From positions 1 to 48,356 of the forward strand of contig JAFGMK010000023.1 in the NCBI GenBank assembly GCA_016927565.1: a DNA stretch of 48,356 bases, read 5' to 3'. Under the pieces are notes generated by a model, which saw only the letters and a program-made list of their open reading frames with translations, made no database searches and was not told the DNA's origin. The position numbers were made by a program, and so were the translations under genes. The stretch comes from Minisyncoccota bacterium (GTDB lineage Bacteria; Patescibacteriota; Microgenomatia; PFEM01; JAFGMK01). Numbering within the stretch: the stretch's first letter is position 1; each line of letters starts with the position of its first letter. This document shows positions 45,455 to 48,356 of this stretch, piece by piece.

Positions 45455-46528
45455 ATGAAAATTCTATCAATCGAAACCAGTTGTGATGAAACCGCTGCTG
45501 CCGTTACCGAAGGCCGGCGGGTTCTTTCTAATGTGGTCTTTTCTCAAATCAATATCCATAAAAAATATGGCGGCGTTTACCCGGCTTTGGCTAAGCGGGC
45601 CCATGAGGAAAAATTGCCGATAGTGGTTAAAAAAGCGGTTAAAAATGCCGGAATTGATCTTGGTGAAATTGGGGCGATTGCGGTAACCTTTGGTCCCGGA
45701 TTGGTGGTTGCTTTGGAAGTAGGCCTCAGAAAGGCTAAAAAACTGGCTTCGGAACTTAAAAAACCACTCATTCCGGTTAATCATCTTGAAGCCCATTTTT
45801 ATAGTTGCTGGGCTCAAAACCGGAATGGCCGGCCTTTGAGAGAGTTTGCTTTTCCGTTTCTGGGTTTGGTGGTGTCGGGCGGTCATACCAGCCTGATTCT
45901 GGTCAAGAATCATCTTGATTATCAGGTTTTGGGCCAAACTTTGGACGATGCCTGCGGTGAAGCTCTGGATAAAGCGGCTAAAGTGCTGGGCTTAGGTTAT
46001 CCCGGCGGACCGATTATGGAAGAACTGAGCCTGAAAGGCGACCCTGATTTTCTCGATTTACCGGTTCCCATGAAAACCCATCCGGGGCTTAATCTTTCTT
46101 ATTCAGGCTTGAAGACCTCATTTAAAAATCGGGTGGCGAGGTTGTCCCAAAAGACAGTTCGGAAAAATCTGCCTGGCTTAGCTGCTTCTTTCCAGCAAGT
46201 TGCTTTTGAAGCCATTTTGGTGAAACTGAAAAGAGCCTTATTGACTACCGGAACAAAAAACCTTGTTGCCGGTGGCGGTGTTTTGGCCAATAAGAAACTC
46301 CGTTTATTAATTAAGCAATTAGCCCTGAAATTAGGTGTAAAAGTTTTTTTCCCGCCGTTTCCCAAGCTGGTGGGTGATAACGCCGCTATGGTCGGCGTTG
46401 CCGGCTATTATAAATACCAAGAAGGAATTTATCTGAAGAAGAATTTTGATCCGTTGGACCGGATCGCCCGCCCGGATTTGAATCTGTGGACCAAAAACCC
46501 ACCGGGAGTGGCAAAAAGAGCGCGATAA
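45455..46528 (+). CDS. tsaD: tRNA N6-adenosine threonylcarbamoyltransferase TsaD
   Basis: IETSCDET, NHLEAH, VSGGHT, DDACGE, GYPGGP, SYSGLKT, DNAAMV. Confidence 0.97.
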   Translation: MKILSIETSCDETAAAVTEGRRVLSNVVFSQINIHKKYGGVYPALAKRAHEEKLPIVVKKAVKNAGIDLGEIGAIAVTFGPGLVVALEVGLRKAKKLASELKKPLIPVNHLEAHFYSCWAQNRNGRPLREFAFPFLGLVVSGGHTSLILVKNHLDYQVLGQTLDDACGEALDKAAKVLGLGYPGGPIMEELSLKGDPDFLDLPVPMKTHPGLNLSYSGLKTSFKNRVARLSQKTVRKNLPGLAASFQQVAFEAILVKLKRALLTTGTKNLVAGGGVLANKKLRLLIKQLALKLGVKVFFPPFPKLVGDNAAMVGVAGYYKYQEGIYLKKNFDPLDRIARPDLNLWTKNPPGVAKRAR

Positions 46529-46541
46529 CTATCCCGGATGG
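46490..46541 (+). repeat. Repeat overlapping the tsaD 3' end, with a second copy at 48320-48354 (family D)
   Basis: ACCAAAAACCCACCGGGAGTGGCAAAAAGAGCG; can fold via CCGGGA...TCCCGG. Confidence 0.65.
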
Positions 46542-46586
46542 TCGCTTATAACTGTCCTATAGTGGTATAATATTTTCTAAGGAATC

Positions 46587-46660
46587 TTTCGCCCCAGGGG
46601 TGTTTTAATCAATCTCATAACACCTTTAGGGTGTCTGCATATTTCACCTTGAAGGTGGAA
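46587..46660. repeat. Three-unit array of CACCYYnRRGGTG palindromes (family B)
   Basis: CGCCCCAGGGGTG / CACCTTTAGGGTG / CACCTTGAAGGTG. Confidence 0.7.
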
Positions 46661-46673
46661 AACCCGAAACTTT

Positions 46674-47363
46674 ATGATGAAAAAGTTTCTAACCAGTCTT
46701 AAACACCGCCCTGCCTGCTTCTGGGCCTTATTTTTTTTGAGTTTCGGTCTGATAACCGCCGCCTTTTTTGCCAGCCCGTTTTTTTATCTTGAAACCCGTT
46801 ATTATCTTAATAACCTGTCCCAATCAAAACCCGAGGAAATCTCCGGCTTTGGCAGAATTTTAAAAAAGATCGAAGAAGAATCCGGTTTTGCCGCCATTAT
46901 CAGAAAAAGCGATTTGAGCTTGCTTGAACCGATTGAGCCGGATTTTGGTTTGGTGATTCCTAAAATTCAGGTTAATGCCCGGGTAGTGGCCAATGTTCCC
47001 GAGGATGATAAAAACGCTTATCAAGCGGCCTTAAAAAAAGGCGTTGCCCATGCTGCGGGCAGTGTTTTGCCGGGAGAAGAAGGTACGATTTATCTCTTCG
47101 GCCACTCAACCGATTATATCTTTAATGTCAGCCGGTTCAACGCCCTTTTTTATCTCTTGAACAAACTGGAAGCCGGTGACCGGCTGAGTCTTTTTTATCA
47201 GGCAAAACGGTTTGAGTATGAAGTCGCCGAAAAAAAAGTTCTTAATCCCAATCAGCTTGACGAAGTTAATTTGACCTTTGATCAGAATCAGTTGATCCTT
47301 CAGACCTGCTGGCCGCCGGGCACAACTTGGAAACGACTGTTGGTTTTTGCTAAACCTGTTTAA
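46674..47363 (+). CDS. Sortase
   Basis: TM, LVIPKIQVNA, GVAHAAGSVLPGEEG..FGHS, catalytic LQTCWPPG..KR. Confidence 0.92.
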   Translation: MMKKFLTSLKHRPACFWALFFLSFGLITAAFFASPFFYLETRYYLNNLSQSKPEEISGFGRILKKIEEESGFAAIIRKSDLSLLEPIEPDFGLVIPKIQVNARVVANVPEDDKNAYQAALKKGVAHAAGSVLPGEEGTIYLFGHSTDYIFNVSRFNALFYLLNKLEAGDRLSLFYQAKRFEYEVAEKKVLNPNQLDEVNLTFDQNQLILQTCWPPGTTWKRLLVFAKPV

Positions 47364-47425
47364 AAATTCCATCCGGCAAAAGGGTCTCTTTTTGGTTGGC
47401 GCAAGACAATAATCTTGTTCAATAA

Positions 47426-47448
47426 CGATCCCGCCGACGGCGGGATCG
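47426..47448. repeat. CGATCCCGCC-GAC-GGCGGGATCG hairpin (family C)
   Basis: Perfect 10-bp stem; matches 44211-44231. Confidence 0.7.
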
Positions 47449-47500
47449 GGGAAGCTCCGGATTGTCAAAGAGAGTGAATAGTTACATAATCCTATAGTCA

Positions 47501-47529
47501 TTGACGCTTTTGTGAAAATATGGTAAAGT
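47501..47529 (+). promoter_or_regulatory. Promoter for the MPETG protein
   Basis: TTGACG-17-TAAAGT with extended TG; overlaps the ORF-track start at 47520, which supports 47583 as the real start. Confidence 0.6.
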
Positions 47530-47582
47530 ATCACCACTATCAAACCTTGCCCAATAGGCAGGTTTTTTTATTTTATAGATTT

Positions 47583-48239
47583 ATGAAAACAAAAAAAACA
47601 TCTTTCCGATTTTGGCTTTGTCTTCTTTCCTTAGCGGCCTTTTTATTAACCGCTCCTTTAGCCAAAGCCTACTACTATGATGACGAAGAAGACCGGAGTG
47701 AGGTTTATGTGGTTAAAAAGGTTTCCCGCCCGCGGCAAAATAACGAGGGCGGTTATGATTTTGTTTATGAGCTGGGTGAAGGCGAAGCCGAGCGTTACCA
47801 AAAAAATCAAGTGGTGGCTTTTGAAATCCGGGTCAAAAATACCGGGGAAGAAACCCTTTCCAAAGTTGTCGTCACTGACAAATATCCCAATGAGGTTGAC
47901 TTCCCCCGTGATGACGATGACAATTGGGACGACGGCAAAAAAGAATACCGCTATGAGATCTTTGATTTAGGGGTTGATGAAGAAGCGGTGAGAACTATCG
48001 AGGGCCGGGTGACCTCTGACAGCCGGGTTTGCGTCCAAAACCAGGTTTGGGCTGATCCGGACCGCGGTGAAACTGATTACGACGATGCCCGGTTTTGTCT
48101 TGGTAAAGAAACCGAAGGCGAGGTCTTAGGGGTTAAGGCCATGCCCGAAACCGGAGTGTCAGCCTTGATTTGGTTAGCGCCAATGGTTTTTTTGGGAACT
48201 GGGGTGGTTCTTAGTCAAAAGAGACAATCACTTCTTTAG
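47583..48239 (+). CDS. Secreted DUF11-like domain protein with a sortase sorting signal (MPETG)
   Basis: Signal peptide ending AKA|Y; VAFEIRVKNTGEETLSKVVVTDKYP (DUF11-like); MPETG followed by TM and QKR. Confidence 0.85.
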   Translation: MKTKKTSFRFWLCLLSLAAFLLTAPLAKAYYYDDEEDRSEVYVVKKVSRPRQNNEGGYDFVYELGEGEAERYQKNQVVAFEIRVKNTGEETLSKVVVTDKYPNEVDFPRDDDDNWDDGKKEYRYEIFDLGVDEEAVRTIEGRVTSDSRVCVQNQVWADPDRGETDYDDARFCLGKETEGEVLGVKAMPETGVSALIWLAPMVFLGTGVVLSQKRQSLL

Positions 48240-48319
48240 AGGTAATCCCTCCTGCAAGATGGCCGGATGGCCTCCTTGGAGTGTGGGGTGGCCAGGTGAA
48301 AATGCGCTTTTTTATATTT

Positions 48320-48354
48320 ACCAAAAATACTCACCGGGAGCGGCAAAAAGAGCG
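48320..48354 (+). repeat. Second copy of the tsaD 3'-end repeat (family D), truncated by the window edge
   Basis: ACCAAAAATACTCACCGGGAGCGGCAAAAAGAGCG. Confidence 0.65.
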
Positions 48355-48356
48355 AA

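Overview
Chromosomal housekeeping region of a reduced-genome bacterium. Gene content and style point to CPR/Patescibacteria, most likely the Microgenomates group (inference): short IF2, AlaRS without the C-Ala domain, divergent RpoB/RpoC, sortases, PilN/PilO and Pro/Thr-rich surface proteins. Gene order: Pro/Thr-rich surface proteins with pilO/pilN, rpsT, murJ, lepA, the CIRCE-controlled hrcA-grpE-dnaK-X-dnaJ operon, nusA-infB-DHH-like, rpsO-pnp, a protease-less Lon-type AAA+, family-4 UDG, ftsK-rodZ-like, alaS followed by an envelope cluster (FtsA/PilM-like plus baseplate-J-like membrane protein, sortase, yqgF, Zn-ribbon protein, mltG), rpoB-rpoC-rpsL-rpsG, HIT, a tsaC-tsaE fusion with tsaD, and a second sortase with an MPETG substrate. 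I found no tRNA, rRNA, CRISPR array or intact transposase. The most notable signals are: (1) four copies of a ~120-150 bp composite element (terminal inverted repeats, 7-10 bp target-duplication-like flanks, nested REP-like doublet), each upstream of a core operon; (2) the actin-fold/baseplate-J/sortase/MltG cluster; (3) the TsaC-TsaE fusion next to a HIT protein with an HxHxQ motif; (4) a Lon ATPase without its protease domain; (5) substitutions in normally highly conserved motifs of LepA, uS12, RpoB and RpoC; (6) a decayed IS630-like transposase remnant and a rimP-leader-like hairpin with no rimP; (7) apparent leaderless promoters. All protein assignments come from motif recognition by eye; no database search was run.
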